Source: Candidatus Kaiserbacteria bacterium | GTDB lineage: Bacteria; Patescibacteriota; Minisyncoccia; Phycocordibacterales; UBA2100 | Assembly: GCA_027082835.1 (NCBI GenBank) | Contig: JALWTP010000025.1 | Location: forward strand, 1-55,020 | DNA: 55,020 nt | Direction: 5' to 3' | Shown: in pieces, positions 20,027-29,647 of the stretch | How positions within the stretch are numbered: position 1 is the first letter of the stretch | How the letters are laid out: every line of letters starts with the position of its first letter | Made by a program: the position numbers and the translations under genes | The notes under the pieces: model-generated | The model's database searches: none | Told to the model about the DNA's origin: nothing | Seen by the model: the letters and a program-made list of their open reading frames with translations, nothing else

Positions 20027-20097
20027 TGCCAGATCGTCTAATGGTAGGACAGCCGGTTCTGGTCCGGTCAATCTTGGTTCGAGTCCAAGTCTGGCAG
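20027..20097 (+). tRNA. tRNA-Gln(CUG)
   Basis: TGCCAGA/TCTGGCA acceptor, GTCT-AATGGTA-GGAC, GCCGG-TTCTGGT-CCGGT, CTTGG-TTCGAGT-CCAAG. Confidence 0.85.
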
Positions 20098-20118
20098 CAT
20101 ATATAATATCAACACTGG

Positions 20119-20502
20119 TTACAGTGCATCAATTGCTCGTTTGAGATGATTTTCTACTTCCTTTGCAAACAAAGAAAGGTCAGTATTTTTTATCATCGCC
20201 ATTGCAACAGTAGGGAGGATTGATGATACAAATACCGTACCATTGTCTTCGTATACAATGACATTGCACGGCAACAATAGCCCAATTTCTTTTTCTGCTT
20301 GGAGTGCTTTGTGTGCAAAGTTAGGATTGCATGCACCGAGTATGGTGTAATTCTCATACTCTGCACCAATTTTCGCTTTCATAGTTGCTTTTACATCTAT
20401 TTCAGTAAGCACTCCGAACCCTTCTGATGCAAGGATTTCTTTTATTTTGCTTATTGCTTCGTGAAATAGAAGATTTGTGTCTTTTGTGTATCCGTAATTC
20501 AT
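20119..20502 (-). CDS. DUF302 domain protein
   Basis: 127 aa, EGFGVLTEIDVKATMKAKIG... typical DUF302 pattern. Confidence 0.6.
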   Translation of the reverse strand: MNYGYTKDTNLLFHEAISKIKEILASEGFGVLTEIDVKATMKAKIGAEYENYTILGACNPNFAHKALQAEKEIGLLLPCNVIVYEDNGTVFVSSILPTVAMAMIKNTDLSLFAKEVENHLKRAIDAL

Positions 20503-20578
20503 AGTGTCTTTAGTTTTATATTAAAGTTATTAACAGGGGAACTTGACTGTATACCCCGTGGGGGTATTATACCTGTAT

Positions 20579-20848
20579 ATGAAGAAAGAAATCAAGAACA
20601 AAGTGGGGAGAAGATTAAAGATAATCTCCGGTCAGATAAAAGGACTTCAACGAATGGTTGATGAAGACGAATATTGTGTAGATATCATTACGCAAACCTC
20701 TGCTGTACGAAAAGCACTATCTGCTGTGGAAGATCTTATGCTTGAAAATCACTTATCAACCCATGTGGTAGAGCAAATGAAAGGTGGAAAGCACAAGAAA
20801 GCCATCAAAGAGATTTTAGATGTATATAAGGTATCAAAAAATAAGTAA
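20579..20848 (+). CDS. Metal-sensing transcriptional repressor, CsoR/RcnR (DUF156) family
   Basis: RLKIISGQIKGLQRMVDEDEYCVDIITQTSAVRKAL helix pattern with the conserved Cys. Confidence 0.75.
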   Translation: MKKEIKNKVGRRLKIISGQIKGLQRMVDEDEYCVDIITQTSAVRKALSAVEDLMLENHLSTHVVEQMKGGKHKKAIKEILDVYKVSKNK

Positions 20849-20849
20849 C

Positions 20850-21929
20850 ATGAGTACAAAAACAAAGAAAACATTGGTACTGATAGCATTTATTCTTTTC
20901 TCAATAGGACTGGTGAGCATCTTTAATCTGTTTATGAGCGCAGGCGAGGTGGCAAATATCGCGTTCGCCTATGCAGTGGGACTTACTATGATTGTGCTTC
21001 CATGTACACTTCCACTTGCGTTTGTGATTGTGCCGATGGCAATGAATAAGAGTGCAAAGAAAGGATTGATAATGGCACTGTTGTTTGGCTTGGGTATTTC
21101 CATCACACTTGCAATATATGGACTATTTGTTGCCACGGTAGGAAATGCAATAGGGCTTGATGAGGCAGTGGGAAATGCAGGATCGGTAAGCAAAATACTG
21201 TTTATGATCGGTGGTTTATCTGCATTTATTTTTGGGCTATCTGAGTTGGATCTCATTTCATTTAAGTTGCCGAGTTACCGTGGTGCGTATCCAAAAATCA
21301 TACAAAATCATGGCGACTATCTAAAATCACTTTTCTTGGGAATATTTTTAGGGAATGCAGGAGTCGGCTGTCCAAATCCGCTCTTTTATGTACTTCTTGG
21401 GGACATAGCTATCGCCGGTAGTGTATCAAATGGAATGTGGTTTGGTTTCGTACATGGTATAGGGCGGGCAACTCCTTTAATTTTTTTGGCGATTCTCGGT
21501 ATCTTGGGTGTAAATGCTGTAAGCGGTATAGCATCAAAGACAAAGACGGTGACAAAATGGACGGGGATCAGCCTTGTCTTCTTGGGGTCGTTTATATTTA
21601 TCAGCGGAGCATCGCATCAGTGGTATGAACAAACTCCTGTGCATCGCGGATGGAATAAAACAATAGAAATAATCACCGGAGAAAATAGTGGAGTAGTGGA
21701 GATGGAGGATCACGATAGTGTCACAAATGTACAAGATACGCACACTGTCGAAGGGACACCAAAAGAAACGCCGATACATACAGCAAAAGACCACGAAGAC
21801 GGGAAGGACTTCATACCGGCGCCGTGGTCGTGGATAGTGTTGTTGACGATGAGTATCGTACCTATTGTATGGTATTATCGAAAGGAAAAACAAACGAAAG
21901 AGAAGCAGGGCACAAATGAAAGTATTTAA
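20850..21929 (+). CDS. Polytopic membrane protein, CcdA/DsbD-like, with His/Asp-rich C-terminal region
   Basis: IVLPCTLPLAF and GVGCPNPLFY Cys motifs in TM helices; tail EDHDSVTNVQDTHTVEG...HTAKDHEDG. Confidence 0.4.
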   Translation: MSTKTKKTLVLIAFILFSIGLVSIFNLFMSAGEVANIAFAYAVGLTMIVLPCTLPLAFVIVPMAMNKSAKKGLIMALLFGLGISITLAIYGLFVATVGNAIGLDEAVGNAGSVSKILFMIGGLSAFIFGLSELDLISFKLPSYRGAYPKIIQNHGDYLKSLFLGIFLGNAGVGCPNPLFYVLLGDIAIAGSVSNGMWFGFVHGIGRATPLIFLAILGILGVNAVSGIASKTKTVTKWTGISLVFLGSFIFISGASHQWYEQTPVHRGWNKTIEIITGENSGVVEMEDHDSVTNVQDTHTVEGTPKETPIHTAKDHEDGKDFIPAPWSWIVLLTMSIVPIVWYYRKEKQTKEKQGTNESI

Positions 21930-21960
21930 TAGCAAATTAATAACTAATAAAATAAATACT

Positions 21961-22218
21961 ATGAACAAAATTCAATTTCTAACAATGGTAGGGTGTCATA
22001 ATTGCGAAGCGGTAAAAAAGCTTTTTAACGAAGTGATACCCGAGTTTAAAGACTCAGTTGAAGTAGAGGAGATAGATATGATGTCTACTGAGGGACAAGA
22101 GCTTGTGCAAAAGTATGGCGTATTTGCGTCTCCTGGAATTATCATAAACGATGAACTTTTTGCCACAGGCGGAGTAGATAAAGAAAAGTTGGTAGAGAAA
22201 TTAAAAGAACTTTCATAG
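21961..22218 (+). CDS. Thioredoxin/glutaredoxin-fold small protein
   Basis: 85 aa, FLTMVGCHNCEAVKKLF CxxC motif. Confidence 0.6.
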   Translation: MNKIQFLTMVGCHNCEAVKKLFNEVIPEFKDSVEVEEIDMMSTEGQELVQKYGVFASPGIIINDELFATGGVDKEKLVEKLKELS

Positions 22219-22277
22219 AAACGATGTAATAGCTTAAAACAAATAGCGTTGAGTGTGAGGCATGTTTAATTTTACAT

Positions 22278-22499
22278 ATGCTACACTATATGAGTATGAA
22301 TGAAGAAACAAACAACTCAGGGATGAGTATAGAAGAGAAGATAGATGCAATATATGTATCTGTTGAGAAAACGCGCAAATATTTTCTTATTGTTATGTGG
22401 GTGACGCTTGGAGCGTTTGTATTGCCGGCAATAGGGCTCTTATTTGCAATTCCGGCGTTTATAAACACATACACCACGAGCCTGAACGGATTGTTGTAA
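22278..22499 (+). CDS. Small hypothetical membrane protein
   Basis: 73 aa with one long hydrophobic segment; no recognisable family. Confidence 0.35.
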   Translation: MLHYMSMNEETNNSGMSIEEKIDAIYVSVEKTRKYFLIVMWVTLGAFVLPAIGLLFAIPAFINTYTTSLNGLL

Positions 22500-22509
22500 T
22501 TCTTGTAAT

Positions 22510-23199
22510 GTGCGCGCAATGTTTGCAAAACTATATACCAATACAAAACTGAGATACGGAGCTACAATTATTTTTATAGTAGCATTGTTTGTCGTTTTTT
22601 CTATTTTTGCGCAGACACATACTGCACTCTTGGAAAGAATGACACAGCAAGCGGGTATTGTTGGAATTATTTCCTATATTGCGATTATGGCATCGGCCAT
22701 TGTTGTAGCACCCATTGGAACGCTTTTCTTGATACCGCTTGCTTCAGCAAGCTGGGGCGCGTTTCTTGCGGGAGTGTATACTGTACTCGGGTGGACGGCC
22801 GGTTCTTTAATTGCTTTTTATATAGCACGAAAGTGGGGTAGCTGGGTTCTATCGCGGACAAAAAATATTCATAAACTGCACGAAATAGAAAAGGCACTGC
22901 CTAAGCGACAAGTATTTTTCATACTCGTGCTTTTGCGTATTACTATACCTGTTGATGTATTGAGTTACGCTCTGGGGCTGTTTAGTAAGGTGTCGTATCG
23001 TATGTTTTTCTCTACGACTTTAATCGGGGTGACACCTTTTACCTTTTTGCTTACCTATGCGGCTTCAGGGTCGCTCAGATTTCAAATTTTTACCGGAGTA
23101 GTTGGGTTGCTTTTGTTTTTAATCGGAATCTATCAATTACGGAAAAGAAACTTACATTCAAAAACGAAGACAAAAGAAGAGAAAATGGAAAATATATGA
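22510..23199 (+). CDS. TVP38/TMEM64 (DedA-related) family membrane protein
   Basis: VAPIGTLFLIPLASASWGAFLAGVYTVLGWTAGSLIAFYIARKWG. Start could be GTG 22510 or ATG 22519. Confidence 0.5.
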   Translation: MRAMFAKLYTNTKLRYGATIIFIVALFVVFSIFAQTHTALLERMTQQAGIVGIISYIAIMASAIVVAPIGTLFLIPLASASWGAFLAGVYTVLGWTAGSLIAFYIARKWGSWVLSRTKNIHKLHEIEKALPKRQVFFILVLLRITIPVDVLSYALGLFSKVSYRMFFSTTLIGVTPFTFLLTYAASGSLRFQIFTGVVGLLLFLIGIYQLRKRNLHSKTKTKEEKMENI

Positions 23200-23239
23200 A
23201 GTTATTTATAAAGAATTAAGTTTTGATATATTAAAAAAT

Positions 23240-23716
23240 ATGAAAAAAATAATACTTATCGCAGGTGGAACATTATTTATCTTTATAGGAAGTGTATGGT
23301 GGAGTAACTCACTCTCAGGTGGAGATGCCGACATCATCGCAAGACGGGGAATTCACTGGCATCCATCTATAGAGATATATGTTGACGGAAAATCGGTACT
23401 TATACCGGAAAATATGGGGCTGACAGGTGTAGAGAGCCCAATACACACACACGATGATACGCCATTGGTGCATTTGGAGTTTTCAGGGGTGGTACACAAA
23501 AAAGACATAACACTCAATCAGTTTTTCAAGGTGTGGCACAAGAGTATAGATTCCTTTGGTAAAAAGGTAGCTATGACAGTCAATGGGGTGCCTAATACGG
23601 AACTGGGCGATTATGTGATGCACGATAAGGATAAAATAGTACTTCGCTATACCTCTGAAAATGCACCAACAGCATCATCCACGGTGTCTACCACGATAGA
23701 GGAGAATATACAGTAA
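23240..23716 (+). CDS. Hypothetical exported protein
   Basis: N-terminal TM/signal; HWHPSIEIYVDG...HTHDDTPLVHLEF His-rich motifs. Confidence 0.4.
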   Translation: MKKIILIAGGTLFIFIGSVWWSNSLSGGDADIIARRGIHWHPSIEIYVDGKSVLIPENMGLTGVESPIHTHDDTPLVHLEFSGVVHKKDITLNQFFKVWHKSIDSFGKKVAMTVNGVPNTELGDYVMHDKDKIVLRYTSENAPTASSTVSTTIEENIQ

Positions 23717-23718
23717 AT

Positions 23719-24228
23719 ATGATCTGGTTTGCATTTGGAACTGCGGTGTTGTTTGTGTTCACTTTTTTGGGGTTTGTGGCCCTGTTGCCATTGTTTTTTG
23801 AGGGAGAGTTTCGGCGTGTGTACAATACAAAAAAGATATTGCAATCTTTGGTGGTTGTTTTTATTCTTAGTTTTGCACTTTCTTCGCTTACTGTATTCTT
23901 TCCGACTTCGTTTTGGGCAGACAGGATACAGCATGCTATCGGAGGAGCAGGAGTATTGATGCTTACTTGGTATCTCGCGCTAAAAGCGGCGAGTATTTCA
24001 GTATCTCGTCCAACATTTTTTGTTTTGGGCTTTCTCATCGTTACCACACTTGGTGTGGGATATGAATTATTAGAGTTTTTGGGAGAGATGACCACTTCGT
24101 TTGTGTTTCAAACAAGTCAGTATGACACATGGCTTGATCTATTGAGCAACACTGTAGGTGCACTTGTGTCTGGAGCTATTTTGATGCAACTAATTTCAGA
24201 AAAAGAAAAAATAAAGAACTCTCGGTAA
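23719..24228 (+). CDS. Hypothetical membrane protein
   Basis: 169 aa with about 5 hydrophobic helices. Confidence 0.4.
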   Translation: MIWFAFGTAVLFVFTFLGFVALLPLFFEGEFRRVYNTKKILQSLVVVFILSFALSSLTVFFPTSFWADRIQHAIGGAGVLMLTWYLALKAASISVSRPTFFVLGFLIVTTLGVGYELLEFLGEMTTSFVFQTSQYDTWLDLLSNTVGALVSGAILMQLISEKEKIKNSR

Positions 24229-24282
24229 CTGATTATATCCACAAAGTACCCCCTCTCTCTTTTCAGATGAGGTGTATTATGT

Positions 24283-24681
24283 ATGTATATGGAAACAACA
24301 TTATTTTTAGCCAAGTTTCTTGGTTTGTTTTCTATCATATTTTCCGTTGCGATAATCCTGCGACGCAAAATGATAGTGCATTTATTAAAAGAGTTTGTAC
24401 GCGATAGAGCACTTGCGTTTATGGTCGGTATTGCCGAGATGGCTGCTGGACTATTAGTCGTTTTGTATCATTTCAAGTGGGATAATACTTTGGAGAGTGC
24501 TATAAGCATTCTCGGTATAGCAATGGTACTTGAAGGTACATTTTATTTGTTTGCACGACAAAAGACAATTAAAAAGTTAGTCCATTCCATGGATAGCGTA
24601 AGTGGGTACTACTTTTTCGCAGTGCTCTATCTTATTCTTGGAGTATATCTTGCATACACCGGATTCGGATTGGGAGCATAA
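24283..24681 (+). CDS. Hypothetical membrane protein
   Basis: 132 aa with 4 hydrophobic helices. Confidence 0.4.
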   Translation: MYMETTLFLAKFLGLFSIIFSVAIILRRKMIVHLLKEFVRDRALAFMVGIAEMAAGLLVVLYHFKWDNTLESAISILGIAMVLEGTFYLFARQKTIKKLVHSMDSVSGYYFFAVLYLILGVYLAYTGFGLGA

Positions 24682-24701
24682 GAGAGAAAGGATAGTGGTA
24701 C

Positions 24702-24727
24702 AAAAACAGCACAGAAGTGCTGTTTTT
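24702..24727. terminator. Bidirectional terminator hairpin
   Basis: AAAAACAGCAC-agaa-GTGCTGTTTTT between convergent genes. Confidence 0.65.
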
Positions 24728-24755
24728 GTATAACTAAAATATGTCTAATGTATAT

Positions 24756-25556
24756 TTATACACCCAACCATAAAAATACGAGTGTGCCTACTATAAATAC
24801 AATCAGTCCGCCAAGAAGCCCTGAAATAATATGTTTTGAAGCATTTTTTTCATTGCGAATATTACGCAGAGTACTGGGAAGAAGATCGCGTACTACTACA
24901 AAAATAAATGCACCTGCGACCAATGCAAGAAAGTAAGGAACAAACGCAGTGATTCCTTCAATAAGTAGTCCAACCACTATTCCAATAAATATGGTTGCGG
25001 AAACTATAAAATTAAGTGTGAGCGCACGCACTGTAGAATATCCGGCCTCTTTTAGAATAAAAAACTTTGACATACCCTGTACTGCCTCGTGGATAAAAAG
25101 AGCAATGGTCGTCGCAATTCCAAGTTTGATACTTAGTGCAAATGCAGGAGGCAAAAAGAGGCCATGTAAGGAATCATGGAAAGACGCGCCAAGCATCACA
25201 CGATGCGCATCATGCAGTGTATGCGTATGGCTGTGCGTAACACTATGGTGATGATGCTTTGAAATAAAGAGATACCCAAGCATTTCAAGAATAATTGCGC
25301 CGGATACTAACGATACAAATATCAAGAAAGGTGTTCCTCCGCGATCATATGATTCGGTAAGTAGCCCGTACGAAACTACACTAAAAACACCGGCAGAAAA
25401 TGTAACAAGATAGTGTGAATTTTTAGTTATCCAGTTATCTTTTCTATAAATAATGAAAATTGCCCCCGAAAGAGATGCTGTCATTACCACAAAAGCAGAT
25501 ATCAAAATGTATGCCAACATATACACCATGATAGCACATGACACACTATACTCCAT
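24756..25556 (-). CDS. ZIP family metal transporter (ZupT-like)
   Basis: His-rich loop KHHHHSVTHSHTHTLHDAH and HEAVQG motif; about 8 TM helices. Confidence 0.75.
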   Translation of the reverse strand: MEYSVSCAIMVYMLAYILISAFVVMTASLSGAIFIIYRKDNWITKNSHYLVTFSAGVFSVVSYGLLTESYDRGGTPFLIFVSLVSGAIILEMLGYLFISKHHHHSVTHSHTHTLHDAHRVMLGASFHDSLHGLFLPPAFALSIKLGIATTIALFIHEAVQGMSKFFILKEAGYSTVRALTLNFIVSATIFIGIVVGLLIEGITAFVPYFLALVAGAFIFVVVRDLLPSTLRNIRNEKNASKHIISGLLGGLIVFIVGTLVFLWLGV

Positions 25557-25582
25557 CTAAAAGTACGATATACTATACGCAT

Positions 25583-26326
25583 ATGCCATTAATTTCACGA
25601 TTTCAAGCAATAGGCGAAGAGGAAAAAACGCACGCCGTGCGCGAATTGATAAAGCAATCAACTCCCGATTTTGACTATTTCTTTATGCTTGTGCTTTCTG
25701 TTTTAATGGCGACTTTTGGATTGCTCGCAGGGAGTGAGTCCATCGTCATAGGAGCTATGCTACTCGCGCCGTTGCTCGCGCCGATTATGGGTCTTGCACT
25801 GGGAACTTCAATGTCGCATCATCCGCTTATACTACGATCGCTTTCTACTATTGGATACTCAATCGCATTTGCGGTAGGCGCTGCACTTATAGGGTCATTT
25901 TTGTTTGCTTTTGGTGGTATCGGCAGTGGTGTTAATGATGTCATTTTGTCTCGCACACATCCATCATTGCTTTATTTCTCGGTAGCAGTTATTTCAGGTC
26001 TTGCCGTTGCGTATACTACCGTGCGCCCAAATCTATCGTCTACACTTCCGGGAGTAGCCGTTGCGGTTGCGCTTATTCCACCTCTTGCGGTATTTGGTAT
26101 CGGGATTGCAATGTTTAATCCGCAGATAATTGCAGGTTCGTTTATTATGTTTGCGATAAATGTGATAGGAATGGTGTTTGCCGGCATGGTTACTTATTCA
26201 CTTATGGATGTACATCACAAACGCTTTATAGCGGAGAAAACAATTCAAAAAGAAGAAGAAAGAGTAGAAAAAGAAGAAGAAAAGGTACAAGAAATAAAAG
26301 AGAAGAACGAAGAGATGGTACAATAG
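25583..26326 (+). CDS. DUF389 family membrane protein
   Basis: FDYFFMLVLSVLMATFGLLAGSESIVIGAMLLAPLLAPIMGLALG. Confidence 0.55.
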   Translation: MPLISRFQAIGEEEKTHAVRELIKQSTPDFDYFFMLVLSVLMATFGLLAGSESIVIGAMLLAPLLAPIMGLALGTSMSHHPLILRSLSTIGYSIAFAVGAALIGSFLFAFGGIGSGVNDVILSRTHPSLLYFSVAVISGLAVAYTTVRPNLSSTLPGVAVAVALIPPLAVFGIGIAMFNPQIIAGSFIMFAINVIGMVFAGMVTYSLMDVHHKRFIAEKTIQKEEERVEKEEEKVQEIKEKNEEMVQ

Positions 26327-26337
26327 TCCATACGCAT

Positions 26338-27420
26338 ATGGACGAGAGAATTATAGGGCATATTGATATGGATGCCTTTTTTGCATCAGTTGAGGAGAGA
26401 GACAAACCATACTTGAAGGATTTTCCGGTGGTTATCGGCGCCGACCCCCAAGGCGGAGCGGGTCGAGGTGTAGTGTCTACCGCTAACTACAAAGCGCGAG
26501 AGCTTGGTATACACTCAGCTACTCCTATTACGAAGGCGTGGGAGCTGTGTGAAGGTGCGCGAAAGCGCGGAGGAAAAGTATGTGTGTTTATCACACCCTC
26601 TATGGGCAAATATGAGCAGGTATCAAAAGAAATATTTTCTATTGTGCGAGAATTTGTTCCAAAGGTATCGCAGAGCAGTGTGGACGAGGCGTCTATGGAT
26701 ATGAGTTTTTGTAAGACTTTTGATGAGGCTCGCATGGTTGCGCAACACATCAAAGAAGCGGTGTTAAAGAAACAGAACCTCACCTGTTCTATAGGGATAG
26801 GAGAGAACAAGATGATTGCGAAAATCGCTTCCGATTATGAGAAACCAAACGGACTTACCGTTGTAACACCTGAAAATACAGACACTTTCTTAAGTACACT
26901 TCCGATTAAGAAAATACCCGGTGTTGGAGGAGTAACACAAAACAAACTGGCGCGACTCGGTGTTCGCACTGTGCAAGATGCCAGGGCATTTTCGTGGGGG
27001 TATTTGCAGAAAGTGTTTGGTAAAAATGGATTTTCACTATGGGAAAAGGTGAGAGGTATAGACTATAGAACAGTGGAAACCAAAAAGCCAAAGAATAAAT
27101 CTATAGGCAAACATTACACCTTTAACAAAGACACATACGATATGGAGGTCGTCAGCAAAGTGATAAAAGAGCAAATACTCTCTATAATAAAACAGGTGCA
27201 TAAAAAGGGATTCTCTGAATTTAAGACGATAGTACTTACCGTGCGGTTTGATAACTTTGTTACCAAAACGCGTTCAATAACCGCCGAAGCATATATGTCT
27301 ACACAAAAGGATATTGAAATGAAGGCATTAAAATTACTCCTGCCGTTTTTTGAGAAAAGCGAAAACCCAGAGAAGCGTACCATACGACTTATCGGTATAC
27401 GCGTTGAGAATTTGCGGTAA
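26338..27420 (+). CDS. dinB: DNA polymerase IV (Y family)
   Basis: IGHIDMDAFFASVEERDKP N-terminus, SIGIGENKMIAKIASD, little-finger domain. Confidence 0.88.
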   Translation: MDERIIGHIDMDAFFASVEERDKPYLKDFPVVIGADPQGGAGRGVVSTANYKARELGIHSATPITKAWELCEGARKRGGKVCVFITPSMGKYEQVSKEIFSIVREFVPKVSQSSVDEASMDMSFCKTFDEARMVAQHIKEAVLKKQNLTCSIGIGENKMIAKIASDYEKPNGLTVVTPENTDTFLSTLPIKKIPGVGGVTQNKLARLGVRTVQDARAFSWGYLQKVFGKNGFSLWEKVRGIDYRTVETKKPKNKSIGKHYTFNKDTYDMEVVSKVIKEQILSIIKQVHKKGFSEFKTIVLTVRFDNFVTKTRSITAEAYMSTQKDIEMKALKLLLPFFEKSENPEKRTIRLIGIRVENLR

Positions 27421-27484
27421 ACTATACACATATAAGAATAAAAAGTATGAAGAGCGAAAAAAGCGGGCTGCAAAAATAACGAAA

Positions 27485-28099
27485 ATGCTTAAAAAAATGT
27501 ATCCTCACCCCAAAAGTGAGTTGCGATATACAACTCCGATACAGTTTTTAGTTGCGGTTATATTAAGTGCGCAATGCACCGATAAAAAAGTAAACGATTG
27601 CACAGAAGAGTTGTTCAAAAAATATAAAACAGCTGATGATTTTGCAAAAGCGAAGCTCACAACCCTCCAAAGGGAGATTTCCTCCATCCCATTTTATAGA
27701 AATAAAGCAAAGTACATAATTAATTCATGCAAAATATTGAAAGATTCATTTAATGGGGAAATACCCAAAACTGTTAAAGAACTGACAGGTCTTCCCGGTG
27801 TGGCGTATAAGACGGCAAATGTGGTTCTCGGTGAAGTGCATAACATATGGGAAGGAATAGCAACCGATACGCATGTTCGCAGGTTTGCACTTCGCTTTGA
27901 TTTAACCGAGAACACTGATCTTACGAAAATCTCAAAAGATTTGGAGTGCCTTATTCCCAAGAAAGACTGGAAATATATTAACAACGGACTCGTACTGTAT
28001 GGAAGGTATGTATGTCCTGCACGAGAGCATGATTGTTCACAGCACGAACTCACTAAAGTATGGAGAAAATCAGCAACACGCTGGCCAAAGGCAAAATAA
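27485..28099 (+). CDS. nth: Endonuclease III-like HhH-GPD glycosylase with an incomplete Fe-S Cys motif
   Basis: FLVAVILSAQCTDKKVN and LPGVAYKTANVVLG HhH. C-terminus is GRYVCPAREHDCSQHEL (only 2 Cys). Confidence 0.8.
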   Translation: MLKKMYPHPKSELRYTTPIQFLVAVILSAQCTDKKVNDCTEELFKKYKTADDFAKAKLTTLQREISSIPFYRNKAKYIINSCKILKDSFNGEIPKTVKELTGLPGVAYKTANVVLGEVHNIWEGIATDTHVRRFALRFDLTENTDLTKISKDLECLIPKKDWKYINNGLVLYGRYVCPAREHDCSQHELTKVWRKSATRWPKAK

Positions 28100-28144
28100 C
28101 TATTCTGTACCATGTATGTATGGTAATGGTATACTGTGAGTATT

Positions 28145-28849
28145 ATGGTGCGCAGGAAAAGACAAAAAGTAGCTATTTTTGATGTAGATGGAACTATTTT
28201 TAGGTCTAGCTTATTGATAGAGTTGGTATATATGATGGTTGAAGAGGGATTGATCCCAAAAGAAGCTGAAAAAATATACAAAAAAGCGCATACAAAATGG
28301 AAAAACAGGGAAGGAGGATATTCCGAATATATTGACGCGGTCGTAGACTCATTCTATTCAAATATAAAAGGTATACATTATGCGGATTTTGCAGAGATAT
28401 CCAAACGAGTAGTGAAAGAGCAAGGAAAGCATACATATAAATATACACGTAATTTGTTGAAAAAATTAAAGAAGCAGGGATATTTTTTGCTTGCGGTTTC
28501 GCACTCGCCTAAGACTATTTTAGATCAATTTTGTCCACTGCTTGGATTTGATAAGGTGTATGGAATGATATATGAGATTGGTCCGGAAGATCGCCTTACC
28601 GGTGAAGTGACAGATAAGCATCTAATTCTTAATAAGGCATATATTGTGAAGCATGCCGTAGAAAAAGAGAAGCTTACCTTGGAAGATTCGGTAGGGGTGG
28701 GAGATACCGAGAGTGACATATCTTTTTTGGAGTTGGTGGATACGCCCATTTGTTTTAATCCCAACGCAGATTTATATAAAGTAGCTTCGCGTAATGGATG
28801 GCACGTGGTAGTTGAAAGGAAGGATGTTGTTTATGAATTTCAAAGCTAA
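28145..28849 (+). CDS. HAD-IB family hydrolase
   Basis: VAIFDVDGTIF motif I, SHSP motif II, GVGDTESD motif IV. Confidence 0.65.
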   Translation: MVRRKRQKVAIFDVDGTIFRSSLLIELVYMMVEEGLIPKEAEKIYKKAHTKWKNREGGYSEYIDAVVDSFYSNIKGIHYADFAEISKRVVKEQGKHTYKYTRNLLKKLKKQGYFLLAVSHSPKTILDQFCPLLGFDKVYGMIYEIGPEDRLTGEVTDKHLILNKAYIVKHAVEKEKLTLEDSVGVGDTESDISFLELVDTPICFNPNADLYKVASRNGWHVVVERKDVVYEFQS

Positions 28850-29639
28850 GGAGTTCCAAAATAAGATATATACCTTCTATAAAAACTATGGCAGACATCA
28901 TTTACCATGGCGACACTCTACAGACCCGTATTGCATTTTGGTTTCTGAATGTATGTTACAGCAAACACAGGTGGACAGAGTTATTCCTAAATACGAAGCA
29001 TTTATAAAACGGTTTCCTACAGTTAAATCTCTTGCTAAAGCTTCGTTGCCTGAGGTTTTACAACTATGGAGTGGGTTAGGATATAACCGACGAGCAAGAA
29101 TGCTCTATAATGCCGCGCAGGAGATAGTTGTTGCTAATAAGTTTCCGACCGACTTGGAAGAGTTGCAGACACTCTCTGGAGTTGGTCCATATACCGCATC
29201 TGCCATTTTGGCATTTGCGTACAACAAGCCGGTTATTATGATAGAGACCAATATTCGGACGGTGTTTATACATGAATTTCTTAACGGAAAGAGCAATATC
29301 ACAGATACCAAAATAAAAGAGTACATACAACATACTCTTGATACTGAGAATCCGCGAGAGTGGTATGCAGCGCTTATGGATTACGGAGCATATTTAAAGA
29401 AAAAATACCCCAATCCATCCAGAAAAAGTGCGCACCACACAATACAAAAACCGTTTAAAGGGTCTTTGCGAGAAGTAAGAGGACATATCTTAAAAGAACT
29501 CTGTTCTCGCTCGGTACATGCTGATGAATTTATGAAAAGCAATTTTCCAAAAGATAAGATACAAAAAGCGTTGCGGGATTTGGAAAAAGACAAGCTCATT
29601 ATTCATCATAACGGTATGTGGGAAATTGGTACTAAGTAG
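28833..29639 (+). CDS. MutY-like adenine glycosylase N-terminal domain homolog lacking the Fe-S Cys cluster
   Basis: LPWRHSTDPYCILVSECMLQQTQVDRVIPKYEAFIKRFPT...LWSGLGYNRRAR aligns with MutY. No Cys cluster and no obvious NUDIX domain. Confidence 0.65.
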   Translation: MNFKAKEFQNKIYTFYKNYGRHHLPWRHSTDPYCILVSECMLQQTQVDRVIPKYEAFIKRFPTVKSLAKASLPEVLQLWSGLGYNRRARMLYNAAQEIVVANKFPTDLEELQTLSGVGPYTASAILAFAYNKPVIMIETNIRTVFIHEFLNGKSNITDTKIKEYIQHTLDTENPREWYAALMDYGAYLKKKYPNPSRKSAHHTIQKPFKGSLREVRGHILKELCSRSVHADEFMKSNFPKDKIQKALRDLEKDKLIIHHNGMWEIGTK

Positions 29640-29647
29640 AAAGTGTA

